A stretch of DNA of 54,658 nt from Atractiella rhizophila (Eukaryota): positions 1 through 54,658 of the forward strand of contig MU271409.1 in the NCBI GenBank assembly GCA_021432655.1, read 5' to 3'. Made by a program: the position numbers and the translations under genes. This document shows, piece after piece, positions 1-11,994 of this stretch (its first letter is position 1; the number at the start of each line of letters is the position of its first letter). The notes beneath the pieces were generated by a model. It saw nothing but the letters and a program-made list of their open reading frames with translations, did not search any database and was not told the origin of the DNA.

Positions 1-168
1 GGACTCCGTTGCGCACCTACAGTCTGATTCCACAGTTCCGACTACATACAAGCACTGATTGGCAAACCACACTGGTGTACATTCATTGACCATAATCGCA
101 GCAGGCGGTAATAGAAACAGCAGACAAACGTGAAGGAAGAGAGCGCGAGAAGAACAGCGTTTTACGTT

Positions 169-1292
169 TTAAGTTGGAATCACACTTATCGGGAATCAGC
201 ACTCATTCAGAGAGTCAAAGAGAACTCACTGATTCTCATCGTGACCAGTGTAAAGGAATCCATCTTCCACCAGCTCGTCAACTTCATGCTTGACAGCTTC
301 CAGATTATTTCCCTTCCCTGGCACATTCCTCATGATTTCGCCAATATTCAAGCCTTCACCAGGCACCCGTCCCTTCTGCCGCAATTCCTCAATCCATCGC
401 ATAATCTTCTTCTGATACTCTGATCGAACTGTAGTAAACGCGTCATTATAAGTCTGCTCAGCGCTAGCTGAGATTTGATGCGAGTAGTCTGATGCCTTTG
501 CCCCGCTGGCTCTCGATGCATTCGGACTCGACGCCCCCGGGCGACCTTTCTAGAGACAAGGAAGGGTAAGTGGCGTCAGAAGAAGAGGTATGACCAACCG
601 GGAGACCGGATTGGATGCAACGTCGAGCATGGACAGCTTCGATAGTATGGAACATTATCTCTGCCATTTGATTCTTGTCGTTCGTGTCGAGGATTCGGAT
701 CGCGGTTCCAGTTATATGTCGCTTGGAATTGAACGTCTTAAGCGTTCCAACAACTCGAACATATTTGCCTTCGCTGGAATAATTCTTCAGCCAAGTCGCT
801 CAATGTAACACACGAAAGTACCCACTATTTACCACAATCGTTATCCTCGGCCTCGTCTGTCTGATCAATCCATTGGCGTACATCGATCTGACCAGTTCCA
901 TCCTCGATAGTAAAAGAACGATGAGTTGAACCGTCCATGGCGATCCGCACAATCCCAACAAAAGTGACCTGAAGAGCAAATCACCCCCAATCTGCTCAAC
1001 AAGGAGCAACTAACCGAATTAAGCTCCTTTCCATGAATGGAGAACTCAGCATCAGGATGAGGTTGCTCCGCTTTGATAAGACAAGCAATCGTCACGGGAC
1101 GCGTGGTCTGGTTGCCAGTGTTCCTCTGCTCGAATTTAACACGACCCCTCTGGCTACAGAAGTACCAAATAAACTTACCCTTCCTGAAGGACTGTCGCCT
1201 CCTCCTTGAGAGCCTGGCATAAAACCGCCACCACTTCTGCCTTGTTACAGCCAAGTCAGCGAAAGGATGTAGCGGTGGGTAGACTTGCTCAT
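169..1292 (-). CDS. RFA2: Replication protein A 32-kDa subunit (RPA2/Rfa2/Ssb2), multi-exon
   Basis: Joined exons read GGGFMPGSQGGGDSP, TTRPVTIACLIKAEQPHPDAEFSIHG, an OB fold (TFVGIVR...FTIEDGTGQIDVRQW, GKYVRVVGTLKTFNSKRHI, FHTIEAVH) and a C-terminal winged helix (VDELVEDGFLYTGHDENHVIPT*). ATG at 1292, TAA at 169-171. Confidence 0.93.
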
Positions 1293-1392
1293 TTCGACAG
1301 TATTTCGTAAACGATAGGGGTAAGGCGTTCGAGAAGGTTTAAGTGTAAGAAGTGAGCGCAACTTCAAAGACTTCAGCGGTCGTTTTCACTGG

Positions 1393-1404
1393 ACGCGTCG
1401 CGTC
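1393..1404. promoter_or_regulatory. Tandem MCB-like (MluI cell-cycle box) elements upstream of RFA2
   Basis: ACGCGTCGCGTC about 100 bp upstream of the RFA2 ATG, also present at 4311 in copy 2. MCB/MBF control of RFA genes is established in yeasts. Confidence 0.55.
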
Positions 1405-1774
1405 GGAACCTAGTCAATCAACACAGTCAACTACTTTCTCCCAGATCCATGTCTAGATTGGTTGAAGAGCTGCAGAGATTACTGTGGTCGACGTAAAGCC
1501 TGAGAATGCTGACTGCAAGTTCTCTCCCAAATGGACATGAAAGGTCGAACCTAACATAAAGTACTTATAACTTCAAATCATAGCATTAGTTGCCACAGAA
1601 TAATCCTCGGCCTTTTGGATATTCCTTGGAGAACCCACCACCCTCTCCAGTGCTTCATGCATTGGCAACCGGGGCGTTACCCAAGGGCAGACCTTCCATT
1701 TTGATTTCTCATCACAAATCGAGGTTAAGGTTCCCGCCTTCTGGAATGGGATAAACCCGAAACGAGCATCATCA

Positions 1775-2295
1775 TAGGACCCCGGAATATCCGCTAAGAG
1801 GTTAGATTAAAATTTCCTTGTTTTGGACCCATTTTGGACACAAAGATTTTGCTTTAAATTGGACACTATTTGATGCAACATATATTTTGAGGTCCATTTT
1901 GGACTCAAATAAATCTAACCTTAAAGTCGGTTTGAGCAGGCTAAACGCTGGAAGTTTGAATCTACTCCCCTGCATTAGCCTTCCTTCACAGTGCATGATT
2001 GCAATTTAACCATCCTCTGGGCGACTAGCCCCTCGGTGAAGCTCCAGCAGTTCTGCTGCCTTCGCCAAAGTAGTCGAGGCCCCCCCCCTCAGCCAGCAAT
2101 TTAGAAAAAGATTGGCCCAGTTTGGACATTTGATATTCTGACCTGCTCAAGAAGGCTGACATTGGACTCGGTCAAATCTGACCTCAGGAAGCCGAAAGTG
2201 GCATTTTAGACACAGAAAAATCTATGCTCCAACAAATTTTGACTCAAATTGGACACAATTAAATCTGACCTCTGAGCGGATGTTCCGGGGTCCTA
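1775..2295. mobile_element. Non-autonomous DNA transposon (MITE-like), 521 bp
   Basis: About 34-bp TIRs: taggaccccggaatatccgctaagaggttagatt on the left versus the reverse complement of the right end, taggaccccggaacatccgctcagaggtcagatt (3 mismatches). Repeated subterminal TTGGAC motifs, no convincing ORF, and absent from duplicate copy 2. Confidence 0.88.
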
Positions 2296-2932
2296 TCATC
2301 ATCCTGAGTTTTCTCAATGTCAGATGCCAGGCATGTCAGGCCTGCACTTGCTCGATGACCAATAAATTCCAACCTTAGTTGTCACATTTTCTTTCGCATT
2401 TCGCTACAATTGACGAAGTACACCCCTGCCCTATTGACTTGTAACTGTTCTGAGCGAGTCGATGTCGACTATTCCTTCACATGGTTTTTGGTGATGTTGA
2501 GGATGTTTAAGGCTTCAAGGATTCAACTCCAGCTAAGAGTACATTTCAGCCCTGTACTCTGCATATCCCACTGCTTGATGTCTAAAGCAAGAGTCATGGC
2601 TGTTGTTCATTCTCTGAGTCGGCCTTCTCGCCATAACTCAGCCTGACAATGACATCATGGAACACTTTACAGATGAAAGTTTATTGCGTTTTTTCGAAAC
2701 TTCGACAAAGAGGTAAATATGACAACATTCGTTGCCATGCTGCATGGGATGCTACCGTCATAGATTTTATTCCTTGCAACACGCCCAGGTCTACAAAAGA
2801 CGCGGGACCTGAATTCATCCTCACCCTTCTCCAGCTATTCAACTTAATTTCTTCCAACTCTGAACTAATACCTCACAGCTGCACAAGCAACGCCACAGAA
2901 GACACTATCACGAGCTTAACGAACTTATCGCA

Positions 2933-3654
2933 ATGATTTCAAACATTCTCTCTCAGACCGTCATCGGCGTCGCGATGCTAGCTCTGCCTCTTGTCTCCTC
3001 TCAAAATCCTAACTTCCTCGGTCCCTTTCAGTCTGCTTATCCCTATGTGAGCGCATAACACATCCGTCTCTCCGTACTCATGCTTATTTTCGGATCTCTG
3101 CAGGCCGTACACGTCCCCTCCAACGCGTCAGCGACAGCTGCTTTGCCAGTCATCGTGATGCTGCATGGAAGCGGCAGCAAGGGTGACCTTTCACAAACCC
3201 TTGACCACGCAAGCTGGGACGGTGTCGGTTTGCTCATCCGTGAAGGTAACGTCTATTTCCTAATGCAACCTTCTGAAGTTTATTGAATTGATTAGGAGGA
3301 GACAACCGAAGTCACGTTATGGCGAGGGATGACTTCATCAGCTTCATCCCTGTATTACCTACTTCCGAGTGAGAGATCATTTCTTTCATCCTCTGATTAA
3401 GTTTACTCACAATCGACGTAGTGACTTATGGAGCGCGGATTCCGTAATGGAGAGCTTCGCTTCGTTCCTGAACTCTCCACCTGCACCCCTCACCGCGGCT
3501 TCCATTGATTTGTCGCGCGTGTACGCCTCAGGCTACTCTCTCGGAGGTTCTGGGACCTGGGATTTAATCCGGTCCTATCCTGCCAACTTCTCTGCAGCAC
3601 TCATCAGCTCTGGGGGACCCATCGGCCTTTCAGATAAAGATTATAAGGCCATAG

Positions 3655-3657
<3 letters not shown>
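2933..3657 (+). pseudogene. 3'-truncated copy (or allelic fragment) of the secreted alpha/beta-hydrolase at 5360-6494
   Basis: Same exons and introns as 5360-6085. The reading frame runs into an A36 tract after KAIA and so lacks the Asp/His half of the catalytic triad. Confidence 0.8.

Positions 3658-3692
<35 letters not shown>
3657..3692. repeat. A36 homopolymer at the junction of the two duplicate copies (possibly a filled scaffold gap)
   Basis: 36 consecutive A residues exactly between the end of copy 1 and the start of copy 2. Confidence 0.85.
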
Positions 3693-3695
<3 letters not shown>

Positions 3696-4210
3696 AATAA
3701 TTCTTCAGCCAAGTCGCTCAATGTAACACACGAAAGTACCCACTATTTACCACAATCGTTATCCTCGGCCTCGTCTGTCTGATCAATCCATTGGCGTACA
3801 TCGATCTGACCAGTTCCATCCTCGATAGTAAAAGAACGATGAGTTGAACCGTCCATGGCGATCCGCACAATCCCAACAAAAGTGACCTGAAGAGCAAATC
3901 ACCCCCAATCTGCTCAACAAGGAGCAACTAACCGAATTAAGCTCCTTTCCATGAATGGAGAACTCAGCATCAGGATGAGGTTGCTCCGCTTTGATAAGAC
4001 AAGCAATCGTCACGGGACGCGTGGTCTGGTTGCCAGTGTTCCTCTGCTCGAGTTTAACACGACCCCTCTGGCTACAGAAGTACCAAATAAACTTACCCTT
4101 CCTGAAGGACTGTCGCCTCCTCCTTGAGAGCCTGGCATAAAACCGCCACCGCTTCTGCCTTGTTACAGTCAAGTCAGCGAAAGGATGTAGCGGTGGGTAG
4201 ACTTGCTCAT
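3693..4210 (-). pseudogene. RFA2: 5' fragment of RFA2 (second copy or allele), cut inside an intron
   Basis: Near-identical to 775-1292, ATG at 4210, ending at the A36 tract. Confidence 0.8.
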
Positions 4211-6085
4211 TTCGACAGTATTTCGTAAACGATAGGGGTAAGGCGTTCGAGAAGGTTTAAGTGTAAGAAGTGAGCGCGACTTCAAAGATTTCAGCGGTCG
4301 TTTTCACTGGACGCGTCGCGTCGGAACCTAGTCAATCAACACAATCAACACGAACTTGAACAATCCCTGTCCTGCTACTTTCTCCCAGATCCATGTCTAG
4401 ATTGGTTGAAGAGCTGCAGAGATTACTGTGGTAGACCTAAAGCCTGAGAATGCTGACTGCAAGTTCTCTCCCAAATGCCATGAAAGGTCGAACCTAACAT
4501 AAAGTACTTCTAACTTCAAATTATAGCATTAGTTGCCACAGAGTACTCCTCGGCCTTTTGGATATTCCTTGGAGAATCCACCACCCTCTCCAGTGCTTCA
4601 TGCACTGGCAACCGGGGCGTTACCCAAGGGCAGACTTTCCATTTTGATTTCTCATCACAAATCGAAGGAGGTTCAAGGTTCCCCACCTTCTGGAATGGGA
4701 TAAACCCGAAACGCATGTCAGGCCTGCACTTGCTCTATGACCAATAAATTCCAACCTTTGTTGTCACATTTTCTTTCGCATTTCGCTACAATTGACGAAG
4801 TACATCCCTGCCCTATTGATTTGTAACTGTTCTGAGCGAGTCGATGTCGACTATTCCTTCAGTGATGGTTTTTGGTGATGTTGAGGATGGTTAAGGCTTC
4901 AGGGATTCAACTCCAGCTAAGAGTACATTTCAGCCGAGATCCACTACTACAATACTCTGTACTCTGCATATAGCACTGCTTGATGTCTAACTGATGTGAT
5001 GTGCAAGAGTCATGGCTGTTGTTTCCTGTTCATTTCATTCTCTGAGTCGGCCTTCTCGCCACAACTCAGCCTGACAATGACATCATGGAACACTTTACAG
5101 ATGAAAGTTTCTTGCGTTTTTTCGAAACTTCGACAAAGAGGTAAATATGACAACATTCGTTGCCATGCTGCATGGGATGCTACCGTCATAGATTGTATTC
5201 CTTGCAACAGGCCCAGGTCTACAAAAGACGCAGGACCTGAATTCATCCTCACCCTTCTCCAGCTATACAACTTAATTTCTTACAACTCTGAACTAATACC
5301 CACAGCTGCACAAGCAACGCCACAGAAGACACTATCACGAGCTTAACGAACTTATCGCAATGATTTCAAACATTTTCTCTCAGACCGTCATCGGCGTCGC
5401 GATGCTAGCGCTGCCTCTTGTCTCCTCTCAAAATCCTAACTTCCTCGGTCCCTTTCAGTCTGCTTATCCCTATGTGAGCGCACAACGCATCCATCTCTCC
5501 GTACTTCTGCTTATTGTCGAATCTCTACAGGCCGTGCACGTCCCCTCCAACGCGTCAGCGACAGCTGCTTTACCAGTCATCGTGATGTTGCATGGAAGCG
5601 GCAGCAAGGGTGACCTTTCACAAACCCTTGACCATGCAAGCTGGGACGGTGTAGGTTTGCTCATCCGTGAAGGTAACGTCTATTTCCCAATGCAACCTTC
5701 TGAAGTTTATTGAATTGATTAGGAGGAGACAACCGAAGTCACGTTATGGCGAGGGATGACTTCATCAGCTTCATTCCTGTATTACCTACTTCCGAGTGAG
5801 AGACCATTTTCTTTTATCCCCTGATTAAGTTTACTCACAATCGACGTAGTGACCTATGGAGCGCGGATTCTGTAATGGAGAGCTTCGCTTCGTTCCTGAA
5901 CTCTCCACCTGCACCCCTCACGGCGGCTTCCATTGATTTGTTGCGCGTGTACGCCTCAGGCTACTCTCTCGGAGGTTCTGGGACCTGGGATTTGATCCGG
6001 TCCTATCCTGCCAACTTCTCTGCAGCACTCATCAGCTCTGGGGGACCCATCGGCCTTTCAGATAAAGATTATAAGGCCATAGCTA
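3693..6085. repeat. Copy 2 of the tandem near-identical segment
   Basis: Aligns to 775-3657. It lacks 1765-2331 (the MITE plus flanks) and has small private insertions near 4350 and 4940. Confidence 0.95.
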
Positions 6086-6494
6086 CAGCTAGACTTCCTG
6101 TTTGGGGATTCGCTGGGACTGAAGATAAGGGGACCCTCGAGTCTGACGTGAGAAACGCTATCGACTCTTTGAACGCCCAAGGTGGGAACGGAACTTTCAC
6201 TCTCATTGAAGGAGCGGATCATTACGTTGAATCGTTCGCGCCTTGGGAGTATGACAATGGAGCCGGATTCGATTTCTTCCTCGCTAATTCGAAAAATGGC
6301 TCAACCTCTCCTGGTAAGTGTTCTCTCACGATGCGACGTTGGATTGATTCTCATGGGGAAGCCATGTAATAGGTATCGATACTACTTCTCTTTCCCTTCC
6401 AGTCTCGACCCTGATGCCAATCCCCACACCAGTCTCCAGCAGTTGCTCCTGTTCCCCGACCGTATTCCCAGCGAGCATTACTGTGACGCTCTGA
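5360..6494 (+). CDS. Secreted alpha/beta-hydrolase (esterase/peptidase, COG4099/PHB-depolymerase-like), 5 exons
   Basis: Signal peptide (MISNIFSQTVIGVAMLALPLVSS), PVIVMLHGSGSKG, nucleophile elbow RVYASGYSLGG, PVWGFAGTED (Asp), GADH (His), and a Ser/Thr/Pro-rich tail ending ITVTL* at 6492-6494. Confidence 0.85.
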
Positions 6495-7211
6495 TCACTT
6501 TGATTTCGTTCGTTTTGGCTTGTTTTAGGACTTTGATCTCAAACCCATACTACCCAAACAGTACAAAAGCATCAAATTCAAAAAAAGAAATTGACATCTT
6601 TGTACTTGTGAAGCATTAGGGAGAATTACTTTCGTTAATTGTGCGTTGTTTTGTGTAGCTGCTAGGTTTATACTTTCGAAAGAAAACACGACAATCATTC
6701 TTTCTTGTTGTATAGTCTTGCGATCTCAGCAATCCTCTCGCTTCAGAATTGTAGAATAGTCAAACAGTTGATGAATATAGTGTACGAAGGGTGTAAAACA
6801 GAAACGTTGCAGATGGGCTATTGCAGAAAACCGACCCAGTCCTCGAATCCTGTTGCTAACACCCATGTTCAAAATGCTGATAACGGCGGCGTAACCACTG
6901 GCATATCATGGACGGGACGTGGATCTTTTCATTCCCATGACATGCATGACACGCGAATATTCGAACGGGCATGAACACGTATCCCATATTTTGAACATGG
7001 GCACGCTGGCACATCACTATGGCGATTGATGGCAATATTAAAACTTCTAACTACTCTAAGCCCGCTCCAAGCCAAGGCATTGATTGTTTACTCTTGAGGC
7101 ATGGACGGAGCCGAAAGATCGCATTCTTTTTTGTGAGGAGAAAGGTACTGAACAACCAGCCTCGCCTGTCAACCAGCTCGTCATCAGCACCTTACCTGAA
7201 AGCTCCTCGCC

Positions 7212-9123
7212 ATGGCATCCCTTATAGCGATCACCGACCTGAAGGGCAAGTCGCTAATTCAGCGTTCTTATCGAGACGACGTTCCTCCTTCCGCTATCGA
7301 GCGATTTGTTCCACTGCTTTCGGAAATGGAAGAAGAGAATCAATTTGTTACGCCTTGTTTTACGAGTGAAGGAATCAATTACATGTATATTAGGCATAAC
7401 AATCTTTACCGTGAGTCTTGCCTTTTCTCCGGAAGATGGATTGAGTGCGATGGGAATGAAATGCTGAATCGTTGTGGCCTCATCATGCCATGTACTGAAC
7501 CCTACCACTTACAAATTTCTGAACCACAGTCCTTGCAATCTCTAAATTTAACTCGAATGCTGCTGAGGTCCTCGCCTTCCTTCATACATTAGCCAGCGTC
7601 AGTCTCCTTCCCCCGTGCCTTGGCTGTGCTGACAGGCACACCTGGTGTAGGTCCTCACTGAGTATTTCAAAGAACTTGAGGTCGAAGCAGTAGGAGATAA
7701 CTTCGTGATCATTTACGAGGTATGTCCATTCGGTTCCCACTTTTTGCGAAATTTTGAACATCCGTGCTCAGCTACTAGACGAGATGATGGACTTCGGCTA
7801 TCCTCAAACCACTGAATCCAAAATCCTGCAAGAATACATTACGCAGGAATCACACAAGCTCGAGATCCAACAAGTTCGGGTGCCGGTTAGCGTGACGAAT
7901 GCTGTGTCATGGAGAAGTGAAGGCATTCGGTATCGGAAGAACGAGGTATTCTTGGATGTCATCGAAAGTGTCAACCTCTTGGTGCGTACCACATCTCTCT
8001 AGGAGGCCACTATGTTCGGCGTTGATATGGTCTCGTTGAATAGGTGAATATGGCGGGAAATGTGGTTCGTTCAGAAATTTTGGGTGCGGTCAAGATGAAG
8101 TGCTACCTATCGGGTATGCCGGAGCTACGACTGGGATTGAACGATAAAGTGATGTTCGAAAGTACTGGGCGGAGTACGTTCTCTGTGCTTTAATCCTTCA
8201 TTCATACGCTGATGAGTACTGTTCGGTAGCATCTCGAGGCAAAGCCATTGAGATGGAGGACGTCAAGTTCCATCAATGTGTTCGTTTGGCACGTTTCGAG
8301 AATGACCGGACGATCTCTTTCATCCCCCCAGATGGAGAGTTCGAGCTCATGAGCTATCGTCTGAATACACAAGTCAAGCCTCTCATCTGGGCAGAGGCTA
8401 GCATTGAACATCATAAGGGATCAAGGGTAGAATATATTGTCAAGGTTAGCCTTTCCTCCTTCGCGTGTTACGTTCCAGGCTTTGTGGCCATGTTAGCTGA
8501 TTAATGTTACAACAGGTCAGAGCACAGTTCAAACGACGATCGACGGCAAATAACGTTGAAGTGTACATTCCCGTCCCCGATGATGCAGACACTCCACGGT
8601 TCCGCGTATGTTCCGCTTCACCTCATCTTCTCCCTGGCTAAGTGTTGGCATCGATCCAGGCAGCCGTGGGAACGGTACAATACTTACCTGAAAAGTCGGC
8701 TTTTGTATGGAAGATCAAGCAGTTGGGAGGAAACAAGGAATTCCTCATGCGTGCACATTTCGGGCTTCCATCTGTCAAAGGAGGTTCGTCGTAACGTTTA
8801 ATACACCAGCATCACCTGATGTTTGCTTTTCTTTGGGACAACAGAAGACTTAGAGAACCGTGCTCCAATCAGTGTCAAGTTTGAGATTCCATATTTCACT
8901 GTATCCGGGATCCAAGTTCGATACCTGAAAATCGTCGAGAAGAGCGGATATCAAGCGCTGCCGTGGGTTAGATACATCACCCAGGTCCGTGTTTCCCTCC
9001 ACCATGCTCTCTCGATTGCTTTGATAATCTGATGGGTTTGGTACAAATACACAGCACGGTGATGATTATTCGCTTAGGACGAACCAGAGTCGAGAGCAGG
9101 CGGCAGTCGTGGAACCATTTTGA
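7212..9123 (+). CDS. APM1: AP-1 adaptor complex mu subunit, multi-exon
   Basis: MASLIAITDLKGKSLIQRSYRDD, LLDEMMDFGYPQTTESKILQEYITQE, VSWRSEGIRYRKNEVFLDVIE, DVKFHQCVRL..FENDRTISFIPPDGEFELMSYR and VKFEIPYFTVSGIQVRYLKIVEKSGYQALPWVRYITQ. Confidence 0.96.
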
Positions 9124-9749
9124 GCCATTGGTTTGGAATTCTTGTGGAATGTGCGTAGATTGCATGTTTTGTTCTTCTGCAAATAGCATGAGGCAACAAC
9201 ATCATACTCCATTTATTCCTGACTGGCGCTCTTGCTTGCGAAACGACCCGAAGCCTATGTTATTATTATTTATTTATAACGCTCTCGCGGGATCTCCAAT
9301 CACACGAATATGTGATGGCAAGATTACTTGTAAGCACCCCGTTATAACCCAAGACCTGAACTCCCTTGTACCAAGTTGGGCTTGATAAGCTGAAGCTCAA
9401 TCCTTCCTTGACCGCAAGGCGAGTAGATCTAGATCTGATCTGAGGGTCGAAGCATTCAGTGAGGCCCGAAGGAGAAGAGTAAACGCCACTGTTGCGTATC
9501 TTTGTTGCTGACGCCGTTCACGTTCAGTTCACACTGAGGACATGTTAGGTGGTGTTTTTCAGTCAAGGCTATTCTTTGGGCAACAGAAGCCAATGGTTAC
9601 TGAGCTTGATGTTGTGATTTTAATTTAAATCAATTCTGCACCAAGAGACGAAGAACAGTTCAGCCTGAGCAGAACATGTCCTTCCTCAGAAGGACCTTTG
9701 AATACTCGTTATAACCCCCATTTCTTGGTTTAATCTCCAGTCTCATCCA

Positions 9750-10666
9750 TCAATGCTTCTGCCTTCCAGCCTTCTCCTCCAAGGCCTTTTTCACGGGAGG
9801 CATTTCCACCATTTTCTTGTGCCATTCAAAGACCTTCGGATATTTCTCAGGGTCATCAATCGCCTTTGTATTGATAGCCTTTAAGCAGGTGGCGTTCTCA
9901 GCTCTTGGCGAATGAGGGAGAAGGAGAAAGCGAACTATTTCGTTCCAAGTGATGAAGGAAAGATCAGCGACAGTGCATTTGGATCCGCCGAGCCATTCTT
10001 TCTTCGACAGAATGTCCTCGAGCACACTCCACACACGGTTGATCTCATCCTTGTAACGCTCTTGAGCAGAAGTAATCTTCTCCGGATGGAAGAATGTGAA
10101 CCATGCGAATTGCCCAAAGCTGCATCATGGCAATGATGAGTATACAGTATCTGAAGACTAGAAACTACAATACTTACTAAGGGCCTTGCCCGCTTGCTTG
10201 GAAGAAAAGATATTGAAGTTCAATAAATTTGTCCTCGGGAGTAGCAGCAGACAGCTTCCGCTCAGTGTCATATCTACAAGACATTACAAAGGTTGCTGGC
10301 GCGATACCGACGAGCTTACTTGTCTGCCAGATAAGTAATGATAGCACATGACTCCCAAATCGTAAAGTCGTTGTTTTTGTGATCTACCAGCGTCGGTACG
10401 CGTCCGTTTGGATTTAATTTCGTGTGTTCCGGCCCTTTGTGCTCCCCTAAGTCTGCAATTGTAGCCAGAACTAGACGACACAGAAAGGACGCAAACCCTT
10501 CTTGAGGTCCATATATATATGCTGATAATCAAGTCCCAAGCATTCGAGGACGATTGCGACTTTCCAAGGCTAGAAACGCCATGATATGTCAGTTGTACTT
10601 GTCAAGAGGACCCAAAGACCATACATTTGGTCCAGCATCGTGAGAGTAGAGCGTAAAGTCAACCAT
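9750..10666 (-). CDS. Glutathione S-transferase, Ure2p-like class, multi-exon
   Basis: MVDFTLYSHDAGPNPWKVAIVLECLGL, LNPNGRVPTLVDH..NDFTIWESCAI, LQYLFFQASGQGP and EWLGGSKCTVADLSFITW. Confidence 0.9.
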
Positions 10667-11994
10667 TTGGACCTGCTATTCTTATAAATCAACCGGATTC
10701 GATTTATTGGACGCTTGAACTCACGAGTACTCACCTCCCTCCTTTTATGTCCTCCTTACCGCGAATCTAATGTGGACGCTTCTCATCTGCGTAGAATGTA
10801 GGATGCCTGTCTGAATGAAAAGGTATCCGATCACGCCGTTAGCTGATGCTAGCAGAGGGCCCGTATGTAGCAACAGGGAGAGGTAGGGATGAGTGAGAAA
10901 TAAGCCCAATACGCTCTATCACCCGTCGGTGTAGCTAGGATATCGACTTCCAAGAACTGAGCTTTCATCGTTTCCAAAATAATCATTAAACCGAAGGCCC
11001 CCGGCTCGCGTTTCATCATCCGGTCGTGACACAGTTTCGTAAGGTAACTTTGCCTTTTTACGATGAAGCTGACGCATGCTGAGAAATTTGCTTACTTTTG
11101 TGCACATCTCGTTGCAGGGCCGGGAAAGGTGTTAGAGGGAGAACAATTTGAATCACGGATGTGCATCACATCTCAACGGATCTCAACTATCAAGCTTTGC
11201 CAATCTAAACAACCCACTCGTGATCAGCAGGCTCTCAAGAAACAAGCATCTAACCGACATATGACACTTTGTTCCAACGGGCTGACATCTCGAGGTTGAC
11301 AGCGCGGGACTTGTAACTTAGGGTAGGGTCGACCCTAGCCGATGGTCCCAAAAGAAAGTGGGGGTCGTGAGAAAAGCTTCGCGTCAACCTTTTCCGGATC
11401 AGCTGTAAGATTTACAAGACCCATAATTTCCTCTTCCAGCAGCTGAGTACTTGACCGCCTGATTCGGTATGAGGAAAGTTCCAAATTTGTGGGGGCAAAT
11501 ATGCTCACCCAGGCAGACTGTAACAGTAGCTCATAGCTTACTGCTAGCTGCTAATCCGTATTCCAGCCCACTATCTCCCTTGCCATTGTTTCTGATGACC
11601 TGACTGTCATGGATATTTCCAATACTCTGCTTGTTGAAATAAGGCTACACTGACCATTCGATCTCGTCAACGTGGTTGTAAAATTTACTTTGATAGGCAT
11701 GGTAATGTTCTTCAATAACGCTAACATCAGCATGATCGTCTTACCCTTTCGTGAAGCCACAGCCGTTTGTTTCCGGAGTGATTGCGAGCATTAAATATCC
11801 TGAGATCCTATTTGTAGATTTCAGGTCTGAGCCCCCAGTTCCCTGCCTAATACTCGAGTGTATCATTGAGAACGGGCTCAGAATGAACGCAGTTCGTGGC
11901 TTTTCTCTACCTTTCAACCTTACTATCAATTGGTCCAGTCAACATTCCACCTTCTGTACAATTGAGATTTATAATTTTAAATCATACACGTCCT

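Larger units (their letters stand above)
775..3657. repeat. Copy 1 of a tandem near-identical segment (partner 3693-6085)
   Basis: Sequence from 775 (tggaataattcttcagcc) recurs at 3693. Copy 1 ends at ...aaggccatagcta (3657), equivalent to 6085. The copies differ by scattered SNPs and indels. Confidence 0.95.

Noticed and set aside
1605..1620. ctcggccttttgg resembles the 5' end of U2 snRNA
   Set aside because: The match stops after 13 nt, and the GUGUAGUA branch-pairing sequence does not follow.
2649..2936. ORFs upstream of the hydrolase (also 4996-5346) and the ORF at 4516-4716
   Set aside because: Their reading frames differ between the two copies because of indels, and they have no recognisable motifs. 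Treated as non-coding.
3657..3692. Poly(A) as a retrotransposition tail or a poly-Lys coding tract
   Set aside because: The upstream fragment keeps its introns, there is no TSD, and the tract lies exactly at the duplicate junction. The second duplicate also has an A filler.
10700..11960. Short ORFs between the two GST genes
   Set aside because: No motifs or consistent exon chain could be built.
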